Shown: positions 14,745 to 27,112 of the stretch, in pieces
Numbering within the stretch: the first letter of the stretch is position 1
How the letters are laid out: each line of letters opens with the position of its first letter
NCBI GenBank assembly: GCA_964016885.1
Contig: OZ024745.1
Coordinates: 48,422,001-48,486,000 of the forward strand
Direction of reading: 5' to 3'
Source of the DNA: Eledone cirrhosa
Lineage: Eukaryota
DNA length: 64,000 bases
Program-made: the position numbers and the translations under genes
The notes under the pieces: generated by a model
Database searches by the model: none
What the model was told of the DNA's origin: nothing
Seen by the model: only the letters and a program-made list of their open reading frames with translations

Positions 14745-17070
14745 TTTTATACTCTTTTACCTGTTTCAGCCATCCGGCTGAGGCCATGCTGGGGCACCGC
14801 CCTTGTTGCTACACATTTTATCTCCAGCCTGTATAGGTTGGCCACTGGTGTAGGAGGGAGTTTGTTGCTGCTGCCCTTAGGTTTCCCTCGTGTCTTGCTG
14901 TGGGCTCATCCGGGATCCTGGATAACAAGGTGTCGAGATGTTTCTTAAAGACATCCACCTCCACGTCATGCAAGTCTCGCAGATGCCTCGGCAGCCTGTT
15001 GAAGAGTTGAGGGCCCTTGAATCCCAGGCTATTGCAATACCTGCTCCTTATTCTAGATGTGGAAGACGGGACCTTTGGCACCACACAGTGACGTCCTGTT
15101 CGACGGTTGGTCCAGCTCCCAATGCCAAAGTTTGGTGCTAGTCCCTCCAGGATTTTCCACATGTAGATCACTGCGTATCTCTCCCGTCTTCGCTCCAAGG
15201 AGTAGAGGTTCAGTTCCTTCAGCCTCTCCCAGTAGCTTGTCTCCCTCATCTTGGCAATCCTCTTGGTGTAGCTTCGCTGGATTGCCTCAAGCTCCATGGT
15301 TAGTTTGACACTATGGGGTGACCACAGCTGGGAGCAGTAGTCCAGGCGGTTTAGGACAAAAGTCCTCCACAGTGTCAACATAGTGTCTCGATCTCTTGTA
15401 AGGAAAGTCCTCAAGATCCAGCCAGCGAATCGTCCACATGCTGTCGCCACCTTCATGATGTGTGAAGAAAAAGATGCATCATCGCTCATGTCTATGCCCA
15501 GGTCTCGTATCGATTTTGACACGGCGATATCGGTCCCTCCTGGTCCTGTGTAGCTGTGTTCCGCTATATTTGTGTTGGTGTTTGCAGGTTTGTATTGTAG
15601 GGCTTGAATTTGCCAGCATTAAACTGCATGTTGTTTTCTTCCGCCCATCTGTATATGGCATCCAGATCCTGCTGTAAGAGGGCAGCGTCAGCCGGGTTTT
15701 TGATTGCCTGTGCTACCTTAGTGTCATCAGCATAGCTAGTGAGGGATGTTGTTGCATGCACCACAGAGAGCATGTCTGAGAGAGCCACCAAAAACAGTAG
15801 TGGTCCCAGGACTGTCCCCTGAGGCACCCCACTTGTTATCGGTGTTTCCCTCGAGAGGGCCCCATTTGCTGCGACTGCCTGGCTTCTGTCTCTTAGGAAG
15901 CCATGCAGCCACTCACCTACTTTTCCAGTTATGCCGAGTCCGTGTAGTTTGTGACATATCATTCCGTGGTCGACCTTGTCAAAGGCCTTCGCAAAGTCAA
16001 GATATATCACGTCTACATGTGAGCTGTCTAGTAGTTGTCTCAGTACCCAGTCGTAGTGATGTAGCAGCTGTGTAAGGCAGCTTCTTCCTGGGCGGAAGCC
16101 ATGTTGCGTGCTAGTCAGGCGGTCATTTTCTTCGAGGAAAGTGATTAGTTTCTTTCTGACGACTCGCTCCATGACCTTACTGATATGCGACGTCAGGGAG
16201 ACTGGCCTATAGTTCTTGGCCTCCGCTCTACTACCTCCTTTATGGATAGGGCATATTGTGCCTTCTTTCAGCTCCCTGGGTAGTACACCGCTAGCCAAGA
16301 AGCTTCTGAAGAGCATCTTCAGTGGAGTTGCTAAGGCCCGCTTACATATTTTTAGGAGAACTGCTGGGAATCCATCAGGTCCAGCAGCCGAGTCTGTTCT
16401 AATTTCATCAATGGCGTACACCACATCCTCCTCCGTTATGTCTATGTGGTTGATGGTTGCCATTTCTTGATGTAGTGTTGTGGCATCAAAGAACTCCTCT
16501 GGCTTCGTTATTTGCATGTGCCTCAGTGGACATGTGAAGACACTTTTTGTACTGTTCGTTCAGTATTTCACATATCTCTTGGGGATTTTCGGTTAATGAA
16601 CCGTCCGTGTGGAAGAGTGGCCCAATCTTGCAGTGTACTGAGGCAGTTTCTTTTGCAAATTTAAAGAAGGCCTTAGGGTTTGTTTTAATGTTTTCTATGG
16701 CCCTGTTCTCTTTCCTTGCCCTCTCATTCTCATGTGAAAGCTTGAGTGCAATCTCGGTGTCAAGTAGTGCACGTTTCAAATAGGATTCCTTCTTGTTTTG
16801 GTTTTGTTGACTATTCAACTGGTTTGAGAGTTTAGTTCTACGTCTCATAAGGATTTTCCTATCTCTGGGAATAAGATTTTTGTGTCTGTTTGCCTCTTTC
16901 TCCGGGACACACTTTTTGCATATGGTGTGTATCGTTGTCATGAAGTGTTGAAATTGTGTGTTAGTGTCTTGTGTGGCGATGTTTGCACTCCATGTTTGCT
17001 TCCGGATTTCACTCTTAATCTTCTTCCAGTCAGCCCCGTAGAAATTAAGGCTGGATAGCGTCCCGGAGCT
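14745..17070 (-). mobile_element. CR1-group LINE, 5'-truncated and frameshifted RT pseudogene
   Basis: AAGPDG, IHKGG..NYRPVSLTS, QHGFRPGRSC, YLDFAKAFDKVDH, GVPQGTVLGPLLF, YADD, RDLG, LDYCSQLWSP, YWERLKELNLYSLERRR. Ends in a TAAAAGAGTA-type tandem tail. Confidence 0.92.
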
Positions 17071-17370
17071 ATATTTATATACATATATATATTTATATAC
17101 ATATATTTATATACATATATACATATATTTATATACATATATATATATACATACATATACATACATATATTTATATACATATATTTATATACATATATAT
17201 ATATATATATATACATACATATATTTATATACATACATATATTTATATATATACATATATACATATATTTATATACATATATATATATACATACATATAT
17301 TTATATACATACATATATTTATATATATACATATATTTATATATGTACATATATTTATATATATATACAT

Positions 17371-17805
17371 CATCATCATCATCATCATCATCACCGTTTT
17401 ACGTCCGTTCTTCCACGCTAGCATGGGTTAGACGGGTTGTCCTGTTGTGGGCAGTGTCTGGTCGGCTGACCATGCCTTGCTCATACAGGAACTGATCTGG
17501 CTTGATTTCTACAGCTGGATGCCCTTCCTAACACCAACCTCATTTACAGTGAGTGCTGGGTGCTTTTTCGTGGCGCCTACACGTCCACTTTACAGTGTGG
17601 GCTGGGTGCTTTTTTGCCGTGGCACCTCCACGACCACCTTGCGGTGGGGGGGGGGGGCATATTGTTTATATGCTTCAGCATGTACCCATGGGAGGTCGGG
17701 TACCCTGTATTACTGCGTGACGCCAGAAGTCACGGTCGTGTGTCATTGACTTTGAGAGGTGTAGTTGGGTAAGGTCAGCTTTTATCACCTCATCCCAAGT
17801 CATCA
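17371..17805 (-). mobile_element. RTE family B 3' end
   Basis: Reverse complement of about 10880-11305, with a (CAT)n tail on the + strand. Confidence 0.88.
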
Positions 17806-17842
17806 TGCATATTTATATATATATACATATACATACATACAT

Positions 17843-18090
17843 AGGGTCTCATGGTCGGGTCGTTGGCGACTAAACTGGCAACCCCACCAAGGTTTCTTGG
17901 TGAGGAGGGTGACTTTGGACATCCTGCAGGACTAAAAACAAAACCTGTCAAAGGGCAAAGGAGCTCTTAAGAGTCAATGGCCATCCAAAATCACCGGGAG
18001 AGATGACCCCTTAGCCTTTGTCAAGGCAGAATTCTAGGAGAAGGAAAACTCTGATATAACACCTGCAACTCTGATGGTATCCAATGATGT
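17843..18090 (+). mobile_element. Probable RTE-type 5'UTR fragment
   Basis: Contains CTAGGAGAAGGAAAACTCTGA, a motif I recall from RTE 5'UTRs. It begins directly after a TA tract, and a diverged relative lies at about 27285-27385 (TTGGTGAGGAGGGT...AAAGGGCA...ATGGC.ATCCA). Confidence 0.4.
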
Positions 18091-18229
18091 TGACTTGTTC
18101 TTCTTTTTGGTAAATATCATCTTGGTTAAGAGAGTGGGACTGGCTTTGTGCAGTACCTTTGCTCACTATAAAAGCTTCACGGCACAGGCATTGCTTTATA
18201 TCTGGAGATCTCTCTGCACTTGTCGTCAC

Positions 18230-18383
18230 ATGGTACCATGGGCCCAGCACTATGTGTCAATAATTGTACCATGGGCCCAGCACTATGTGCTCAAGGACAT
18301 AACGCATCGCCTGGTCCAGGAATCGAACTCACAACCTTACGATTGCGAATACAATTCTCTAACCACTCAGCCACACACCTTCA
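18230..18383 (-). mobile_element. tRNA-derived SINE head
   Basis: Minus strand has A box TGGCTGAGTGGTTAG, B box GAGTTCGATTCC and GTCCTTGAGCA core. A 24-bp duplication lies at the break. Confidence 0.75.
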
Positions 18384-18384
18384 C

Positions 18385-18404
18385 ATATATATATATATAT
18401 ATAA

Positions 18405-18436
<32 letters not shown>

Positions 18437-18442
18437 AAATAT

Positions 18443-18529
<87 letters not shown>

Positions 18530-18650
18530 AATATGTATATATGTATATGTATATATATATATATAAATATGTATATATGTATATGTATATATATATATAT
18601 AAATATGTATATATATATATGTATGTATATGTATATATATATGTATATAT

Positions 18651-18728
<78 letters not shown>

Positions 18729-18741
18729 GTATATATATATG

Positions 18742-18822
<81 letters not shown>

Positions 18823-19030
18823 GTATATATATTATATATATATATATGTATATATATATATTATATATATATGTATATATGTATATATATATATTATATA
18901 TATATGTATATATGTATATATATATATTATATATATATGTATATATATATATTATATATATATGTATATATATATATATGTATATATATATATTATATAT
19001 ATATGTATATATATATATTCTATATATATG

Positions 19031-19063
<33 letters not shown>

Positions 19064-19330
19064 GTATATATATATATGTATATATATATATGTATATATA
19101 TATATGTATATATATATGTATATATATATGTATATATATATATATGTATATAAATATGTATATGTATGTATATGTATATATATGTATATGTATATGTATT
19201 TATATGTATATATATGTAAATGTATATATATGTATATGTATATATATGTAAATGTATATATATGTATATGTATATATATGTATATGTATATATATGTATA
19301 TATATGTATATATATGTATATATATATATA
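18385..19330. repeat. (TA)n/(TATATG)n microsatellite tract
   Basis: Directly visible. Confidence 0.95.
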
Positions 19331-19334
19331 GCAT

Positions 19335-20165
19335 AATAGAGGTGTATTTGAAAACATATATACACATTTATATATATAATGGTTTTGATTTGAGTAAACT
19401 TGCATGCTTGAATATGGTTGGCAGACATAATGGTGTTGCTGCCAAGTTAAAAACAAAAATAGAAAACTTGCATCCAAATTCATCATTTGCACATTTTTAC
19501 TTTATTATTCATCAACAAAATTTGTGTTCAAAGATTTTAAAATGTGCTTAGCTTGGTCACAAAGACGGTGAACTATATCAGAGGTTGTGCTCTCAAACGC
19601 CGTCAGTTCAGCCTGTTGTTGGAAGACATGGATAATCAGTTCACCGATGTTCCATTCTATACAGAAGTCCACTGTTTGTCAGGTTACAAAGTGCTGAAAA
19701 GATTCTGTTTGTCGAGAAGAAATAATTATGTTTTTGGAGACGAAAGGTCAAAACACATGAAATAAAAGATGAAAGTGTGCTCCAAGATCTAGCTTTTACT
19801 GCACAATTAACTGATTTTAATTTGAAATTACAAGGTAAAAACAAACTCATCACTCAGTTGTATGATGACATCAAGTGGTTCATTAGAAAACTAAGCTTAT
19901 GGAAGTCACAGTTGTCAAATGAAAATTTAGTTCGTTTTCCTATGTGCAAAGAGCTGAAAAACACTGCCAATACTAAGTCTGTACTTAGCTTTGCTAAGTA
20001 TGACAGTCACTTGGAATTGTTGTCAAAGGTATTTCAGGAAAGATTTTGTGATTTCTCATCTTTTGAACATCAGTTTGCATTATTCTCAGCACCATTCACC
20101 TTTGATGTTGCCAAGGCCGAAGAAAGCCTGCAGATGGAACTATTGGAAATGTAGTCGGATTCTAC
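19335..20165 (+). pseudogene. hAT transposase relic (GTF2IRD2/SPIN/Buster-like)
   Basis: Frameshifted fragments [17 protein letters not shown] (CxxH region), VTKTVNYIR..RQF, YTEVHCLS..VLKRF (decayed RWLS), DLAF..FNLKLQGK..FIRKLSLW. Confidence 0.85.
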
Positions 20166-20182
20166 ATATATGTGTGTGTATG

Positions 20183-20222
<40 letters not shown>

Positions 20223-20587
20223 AATGTGGTTGGCATTAGGAAGGGTATCCAGCCATAGGAACCAAGATAGAAACAGTTCTGTATGGGCAAGACACAGTCA
20301 CTTGAGCTGACTTGCCTCAATGGAAAGTGGATATTAATCAATGATGATATGACTAAGTTTCAAAAAGCTGGTACGATGCAGTAGAAATATATAAAAGGCA
20401 AAGAATACCAAACAAAACAAAGTAATGTTTTATCCAATATATTTCTACATGATATTTCAGAGTAAATACCTTCTTTCAAATGTGAAATGGAAACAGTTCA
20501 AAACAAAAACGAATGATCGATGTGTTCTTCTCTAACTGGTCTATGTATCTGAAATACGCTTGCATGGAGCCATTATAGTAGCCAATC

Positions 20588-20629
<42 letters not shown>

Positions 20630-20630
20630 C

Positions 20631-20970
20631 GGAGGCACATGGCATAGTGATTAGAGCATTGGCCTTGCAATCGAAAGGTTGTGAGTTCAATTCTCAGACC
20701 GGGTGATGTGTTGTTTCCTTGAGCAAGACACTTTATTTCACATTGCTCCAGTTTACTCAGCTGTAGAAATGAGATGATAGGGACTAGGGTCCATATCATT
20801 CCACTGCAAAGTGGCCGTGGAGGTGCCACGGCAAAAAAAGCACCCAGCACTCACTGTAAATGAGGTTGGTGTTAGGAAGGGCATCCAGCTGTAGAAATCA
20901 AGCCAGAATCAGTTCACGTCCCACCCTTGCAAGTAGGGAAAAAGCGGACGTGAAATGATGATGATGATGA
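20631..20970 (+). mobile_element. Full-length tRNA-derived SINE with RTE-derived 3' end
   Basis: A box TGGCATAGTGATTAG, B box GAGTTCAATTCT, core TCCTTGAGCAAGACACTT, RTE-B-like UTR block, RTE-C-like terminus and (GAT)n. A second copy lies at 35010-35353 (-). Confidence 0.88.
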
Positions 20971-21977
20971 ATATAATAGAGACTTTTGTTGGTTGGTGTT
21001 TTTGCACATCACACAAAAACGAAAACTGACATTGAAAAGTACACCATTGGAATAAGGGTATACCCAGAAAGGTTTATTGATACTCATTTTATAATGAACC
21101 CCTGCTATACTTACATGCATATTGCATATCAGGGTCTCCATACAAATGTAAGATTTCAGCACATTTTTACATGGAACCACAAGATGACCAATTTGTTTTG
21201 ATATACCATGTGAAAGCAATCACAATTTTTTGGTGGGGATTGAATGAGGGCATTCACAATGTCATATTTTTCACTTGAGTGAACTAGTTAACAGCTAAGA
21301 CTGGAAGAGAGGATGTAAAAACGATGATGATGATAGAGTATGTAGCGAAGAGATCAAAGAATTGCTCTAGGTATAGCTGTTACTTCTCTGAATTGAGAGT
21401 CCATAGCTCCAATACTACAGACACATGGTTAGAATGTCTGAGTAAAGAATTGGGGGACAGATTTTATGGGCAAAGCCAACTGACAGAAGACTCAGAGGTA
21501 GACCATGAGCAAGATTGCTGGATAACATCTATCTGGTTTCCCTTGGGGATTCATTCAGATCAAATGGAGATGGTTGCTTCTGATAGGACCCTCTAGAAAG
21601 CATGTCAGAGGATTCTGCCCCAATGATCCTCCCAGAAATAAGTGGGTAAAGAAGAAATAACTTCATTTATTGCTATTGTTGTTTAACCTCAGCTTAGCCC
21701 TATGATGAAAGTAATCCCAACTACAAACATTCTATTGTTTTGTAATGTTCTTAACTTGTGTATCCTTTTTTTCTAGGTTGGTAGAATGTTATTTGAGGGA
21801 ATTTTGGCTGCTATTTAATAGATATTGAACCACAATTGTAAGACCCAGAATTTAGTAAATATATTTGAATTCTGAGCCAGTGTTTGTCACATAACTCAAT
21901 AAAAAAATGTTTGCATAAAATTGTTAGAATGTTTCAACTTAAACATGAATATAAATTTGAGTGACTTCCATCACAAA

Positions 21978-22092
21978 CTAGAGATGACTGAGAAAGGAAG
22001 GGCTGATGATGTCATGCACTAGAGATGGCTGAAAAAGGAAGGGGTGATGACGTCACGCACTAGGGATAATTGAGGAAAGAAGGGGTCATGAC
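21978..22092. repeat. About 41-bp degenerate tandem repeat, about 2.8 copies
   Basis: CTAGAGATGRCTGARAAAGGAAGGGSTGATGAYGTCAYGCA repeated. Confidence 0.8.
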
Positions 22093-23211
22093 AAACTACA
22101 GAAAACAGTGTCTAACATTCACTGATGCAGGCTGCTACCACTGTTGTTATGACTGCCTCATACTACTCCTCTCTATGTCTGATGCAGGCTGATACCACAC
22201 ATACACATCAGCATGTTGAAAAAATGAGGGATTTTGTATTATGGAATAGTTTGCATATTGGCCGTATGTATCTAGTTTAGAATAGGCATACCATATCTCT
22301 GCATGTGGTAAGAAGGGTTGGTGTCAGGAAGGGTGTCCAGCCCATGCCAGCTTGGAAAAGTCTACATAAAAATTATGATGAACAACCAGAGGTGATCTTA
22401 GGTAGGTTGGTATCATCATGCAAAGCTGATAATAGACCCAGAGCAGATGTAAAATATAGGCCCCCTCCCCTATTTCATTAAGTATTTGAATATTCAATGC
22501 TAAAATATGATCTATACATGGAGTATGGTCATATACATGTACATGTAGTGTACATGATGTACTTAAAAATAACAGAACAGAATAAAAGAACTAGAACTTG
22601 ATGTGAATAGTCCTCCTCAAAATCATAAGTCCATATCAACTGGCATATCTTTCCCCACTCCTCACTTTGATCTTCTGGTCTTACCTGCAATATAGATATC
22701 AAGTAAAAAACAGTGAAAGGGAGAAAAAGGGTGAAAACTAGTAAAAACTCAAACTAACAACTCTTAGAAAAAGATTTATAAAACTCTTTTCTACTAAATC
22801 TCTGACTTCCCCACCATAACCATCACCACCCTCTTCCTTTTTCTATAAAATACTTTGTGTCATTTCTGTTTCATCCTGACTTTTGAACTTGTTAACACTT
22901 CAATAAATCATCTTTTCACAACAGACCACTCAAACAAATATCTTTGTTAAGATTTCTTAACTCCATATATAATATTTCTTCCCACCAAACGTTACATATA
23001 AATCTAGTCATTATTTTTCTTATGTACTTGCATTCCTTCCATTATTAGATTCCAAGAAATCAAAAGCTTACCATTCTTCTGCTATTGTAGAGTCTTTACA
23101 GGTGATGTTTATGCAAGATGGGGTATTTAATCTTGTCAGTTATATCTAGTTTCACTCATCTACTTTTTCTACTTTTCTACTTTTTGAAATAGTTTCTTAC
23201 ATATAGATACA

Positions 23212-23370
23212 GGTATGGCTGTGTGGTTAAGGAATTCACTTCACAATAATGTGGTACTGTGTTCAATCCTGCTGCTCAACACCTTGGGCAAGTGTCTTCT
23301 TCTATAACCTCAGGTTAACCAATGCCTTATGAGCGGAATTAGATAGATGGAAACTGCAAAACCCCATTCA
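23212..23370 (+). mobile_element. Decayed tRNA-derived SINE
   Basis: TGGCTGTGTGGTTAAG, GTTCAATCC and ACCTTGGGCAAGTGTCTT. Relatives lie at about 34088-34245 and 44055-44390. Confidence 0.7.
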
Positions 23371-23395
23371 TCCATCTATCTATCTATCTATCTAT

Positions 23396-23868
23396 CTTTT
23401 CCTCTGTACGGTGGCTATGGTGAAAGAAGTTATATGGTGGACGAGGTTGAGAGGACTGAGGACAGATGCCTTTCTCTCCGGACAACAATTGATTCCATTC
23501 TTTAAGTATCACTTTAGAAGGAGAATCAGGGTGGAGAGAGAGGCACTGCACCCCAGTAAATTTACTGAAAGGTGGGTGAATGAAGCGAAAATGGCCCGAG
23601 TGATTGGGCCTTCTCTGTTTATAAGCCTGTAGGTTGAGGAAGAGAGCAAAAGGAAGAAAGGAGCACTTGCACAACACGCTCCTTGAGTTGAGGGCTGTTC
23701 TATCGACGGGGTATTAAACAACCCATTTGTGGCGCCTCCCCCCTATTGGGGATTTCGATTGTTGAAATTGTTTGTTTTTATATTTTTTTACACGACTGTA
23801 TGTAAAATCCCTGGCATGTCTTTGTATTGTCCCCTTTCTTGTTGCGCCCTTGTGGCTAATAAAGAAAT
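23396..23868 (+). mobile_element. Tx1/L1-clade LINE 3' end inserted in (TCTA)n
   Basis: KEVIWWTR...KFTERW C-terminus, T-rich UTR, AATAAAGAAA end. Homologous to 24125-24592. Confidence 0.7.
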
Positions 23869-23904
23869 CTATCTATCTATCTATCTATCTCTCTATATAT
23901 ATAT

Positions 23905-24592
23905 GGGCGCCCGGGTAGGGACCCTTCGAAAAAGATCTGTCCGAGATGCGTGTGAGACGAAGAAACCATCGCACACGCATTCATACACTGCCCGGGCATT
24001 GTTACCGACCTGTGGGGCTATGTAGAACGATTATTGTCGCGGGTGGGACCAATCCGGTTGACCACCGAGTCCATTGTCATGATCAAACCGCCACCCTCCT
24101 TCAAAAACGAAGAAGAGGCGGTTTTCCTTTGTGTGAAAGCTATGGCGAAAGAGGTTGAATGGTGGACGAGGTTAAAAGGGCTGAGGTCAGACACCTTTCC
24201 CTCCGGCCAACAACTGATTCTTTTTTTCAAATACCACTTTAGAAGAAGAATCAGGCTGGAGAGATGGGTGCTGTACCCCAGCAAGTTTTATGAAAGGTGG
24301 GTGAAAGTTGCGAGAATGGCCCGAGTGAATGGGCCTTCTCTCTATATCAGCCTGTAGGTTGAGGAAAAAGAGGAAGAGAGGAAAGGGGTACAAACTTTTC
24401 GTACTCCTGGAGATGAGGGTTGCACATTTTTTCGGGGGTATGTGTTACCCATATGAAATGTCTCCCGCTATTGGGGAAATTCAATTAATTTTTAAATTGC
24501 ATTTGTGATAGTATTTTACGCGTTTTTATTGTATGTAAACTTCCCGTTTGTATTTGTCCCCTTCTTTTGTGCCCCTGTGGCTAATAAAGAAA
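23905..24592 (+). mobile_element. Tx1/L1-clade LINE 3' end
   Basis: CPRC-x-DEETIAHAFIHCP zinc knuckle (about 23938-23995, with an in-frame stop), then KEVEWWTR...FYERW and an AATAAAGAAA end in TA. A third remnant lies at about 33820-33900. Confidence 0.78.
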
Positions 24593-24789
24593 CATATATA
24601 TATATAAATTAAAAGTGACAAAGGCGCTGTGTGGTTACTAATAAACATTATTTAGAAAACGTAAGAGAAACACAAGGACAATTCCCGCTATATATATGTA
24701 TATATACAAAATTAAATATAGAAATATAGCTTCTACAGGACTAGAACTGTTTATCTGTGTGTGTGAGAGAGTATATGTGTGTGTGTTTG

Positions 24790-24942
24790 TTTCATAAGTT
24801 CACTATTTGAGAAAAGGGGATTGTTAAAGAACTAGACTTCTAAAATAAACACTAAAGTTGATATAATCAACTAAATCAATGTGGTGCCCCAGCATGGCCG
24901 CAGTTTTATTACTGAAACTAGTAACAGAAAGAATAAAAGTAT
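24790..24942 (+). mobile_element. SINE 3' part sharing its tail with the CR1-like LINE
   Basis: GTGGTGCCCCAGCATGGCCGCAG...CTGAAAC matches the LINE terminus (reverse complement of 14750-14801). Confidence 0.7.
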
Positions 24943-25059
24943 ATGAATAATCAATGTTTTTTGTATTTTTTTAACATCATAATTTTTATGTTTGATTTTC
25001 CATGCAGTTGTATATTATCCAATCCTCTAAAAGTAAATAAATGGTTTCTGATATGGGAA

Positions 25060-25820
25060 GAAAGCCAACAATTTGAAGGGAGGGGAAAATCAATTAAATC
25101 TACCCAAGGCAGTATTTTATTTTATTGACCCCATAAGAATGAAAAACAAAGCTAGCCTCGGCAGGATTTGAACTCAGACCGTAAAGGGCCGTAACTCTAT
25201 GCCATACAGCATGTTGTCCACTGCAATAAAATAATAGTTTCTAATTTAGTCACAAGGTCAACAATTTGTGGGAAAGGAAAAGTTGATTATATTAACTCCA
25301 GTACTATACTGGCACTTTATTTGATCAACCCTAGTAGGATGAAAGGCAATGTTACTCTTGGTGAGATTTGAACTTAGAACATAGAAAGTCATAACTAAAC
25401 GCCACAAATCATTTTGTCTGATATTCTACCAATTTTGTCAATCCACCACACATTTTAATAATGATTTCTAACTAAGGCACAAGGCTAGTTATTTTGAGGG
25501 GAGTGGGAAGTCAATTATATCGACCCCAGTAAATGACGGTTAATTATTTAAACCTTTAGCATTTACATTACTCTATATTTACTATTGTATTTTTGTGGTA
25601 AAGGCTTTATCTCACATAATATCGAATCTATAAGATTTTGATATTATTTATTTTAAGAACAATACCTTAACATAAGTATGAGTGACTGGTTACAGCTGGT
25701 TTGAACAGAAAGAGGTGGAGAATTCTGGCTGGATATGGTCAGTTTAAATGCTAAAGAGTTAATTGAATCTAGAAGGATGAAAGTTGATTTCAGCAGGATT
25801 TGAGCTCAGAATGTAGAGGG
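25060..25820 (-). mobile_element. Cluster of three decayed copies of one SINE family
   Basis: Recurring GGATGAAA...GGATTTGAACTCAGA (B box on the - strand) and CACAAGG.CA blocks. More copies on + at about 27650-28070, 28400-28545, 29090-29210, 29940-30070 and 33070-33155. Confidence 0.7.
25552..25758. mobile_element. piggyBac-like MITE nested in a SINE
   Basis: TTAA|ACCTTTAGCATTTA ... TAAATGCTAAAGAG|TTAA: imperfect 14-bp TIRs with a TTAA target duplication. The SINE sequence resumes after it. Confidence 0.75.
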
Positions 25821-26614
25821 TCATAATTAAATACTTCAACGCATTGAGCACACACACTATTCCAAAGAAATCTCAGCAACTGTTTTTATAGACTTAGTTC
25901 TTGATTGATTGTAATTGATAGTTCACATATTGGTACAATTATTTACATAGCACCTATTTATATTTCCTTTGCCACATTAACAAATTATCATACTATTATA
26001 TGCATTCATACAAAACTGTTTTATTTTTTTCCATCTTAAAGGGGCAAAGTACTATTAAGAGATGTCTTGCTATGTATTCCAGTATTCTTTTGAACATAGA
26101 TCACAGCCTAGCAAGAAGGAAGCCAACAGCTGGCAGCAGCAACAACAAAACTAATCACAAGAACATAGCAAGACATTCTCAGTGGATAGTTGTGTTCTTT
26201 AATGGCAGATGGAGTTGTTTTGTAATAAATTCATAATATACAGAAGCATGTAGTGCACATAATGTACACACGCACACAAGCACACATACACACTCATGTA
26301 CACACAAACACATCGACACTCATGCGTACATAAATACAGACATACATATTTATTTACACACATATAAACACACACATACACATGCATATGTACACACACA
26401 CACACACACACACATGTATACAAACACACACATACATATACACTCATACAGACACACATACATATACACTCATGCATGCACACATGCACACACACAAATA
26501 CATACATACTCATGCATGCACACATATACACACACATAAATACATACACATATATGCATACACACACACGCACACATACACATACATACACATGCACACA
26601 TGTAAATACATACA

Positions 26615-27112
26615 TAGCTACATCATACTCTGAACGCCTTGCTTCCCTGGGCATGGATACATTGAAGGTCCGACGTCTGGCAACTGACTTTGTAAACACC
26701 CACAAAATTATTAACCATCTTGCCAACAACAACCCTGAGCACCTTTTTGATCTCCATGTGTCTAACACACGTGGGCATGCCCACAAAGTCAGAGAACAGT
26801 ACAGTTCCCATGACTTTCGGAAACATTTTTTCACGCTCAGAGTTGCTGAAGCATGGAACAAACTACCTGCATCAGTTGTTAGCTGTCGAGACACTGCATC
26901 CTTTAAAACCTCCATGCTCCCCGAGATTCGTCAACACTACACCTAATGTTCCCCCTCCATACACATACACACATGTATATCATGACTCATACACTATTCA
27001 CTTCCCTAACATTTGTATATTATTCTATGTACTATACATGCACCTTTGACGAGTTGTAGTGCACCTGAGCACTTTACACAATAATTTCATTATTATTATT
27101 TCATTATTATTA
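26615..27112 (+). mobile_element. CR1-like LINE 3' end with (ATT)n tail
   Basis: SYSERLASLGMDTLKVRRL...NTRGH..K..RKHFFTLRVAEAWNKLP. A second copy lies at 30260-30682 (-). Confidence 0.88.

Noticed and set aside
20631-20705. tRNA gene
   Set aside because: The A/B boxes belong to a SINE head that continues into core and LINE-derived tail, and no clean cloverleaf forms.
24730-24755. Partial hammerhead-like AAACAGTTCTAGTC on the - strand, similar to 34786-34805
   Set aside because: It is truncated before stem II and the core, so it cannot be called a ribozyme.
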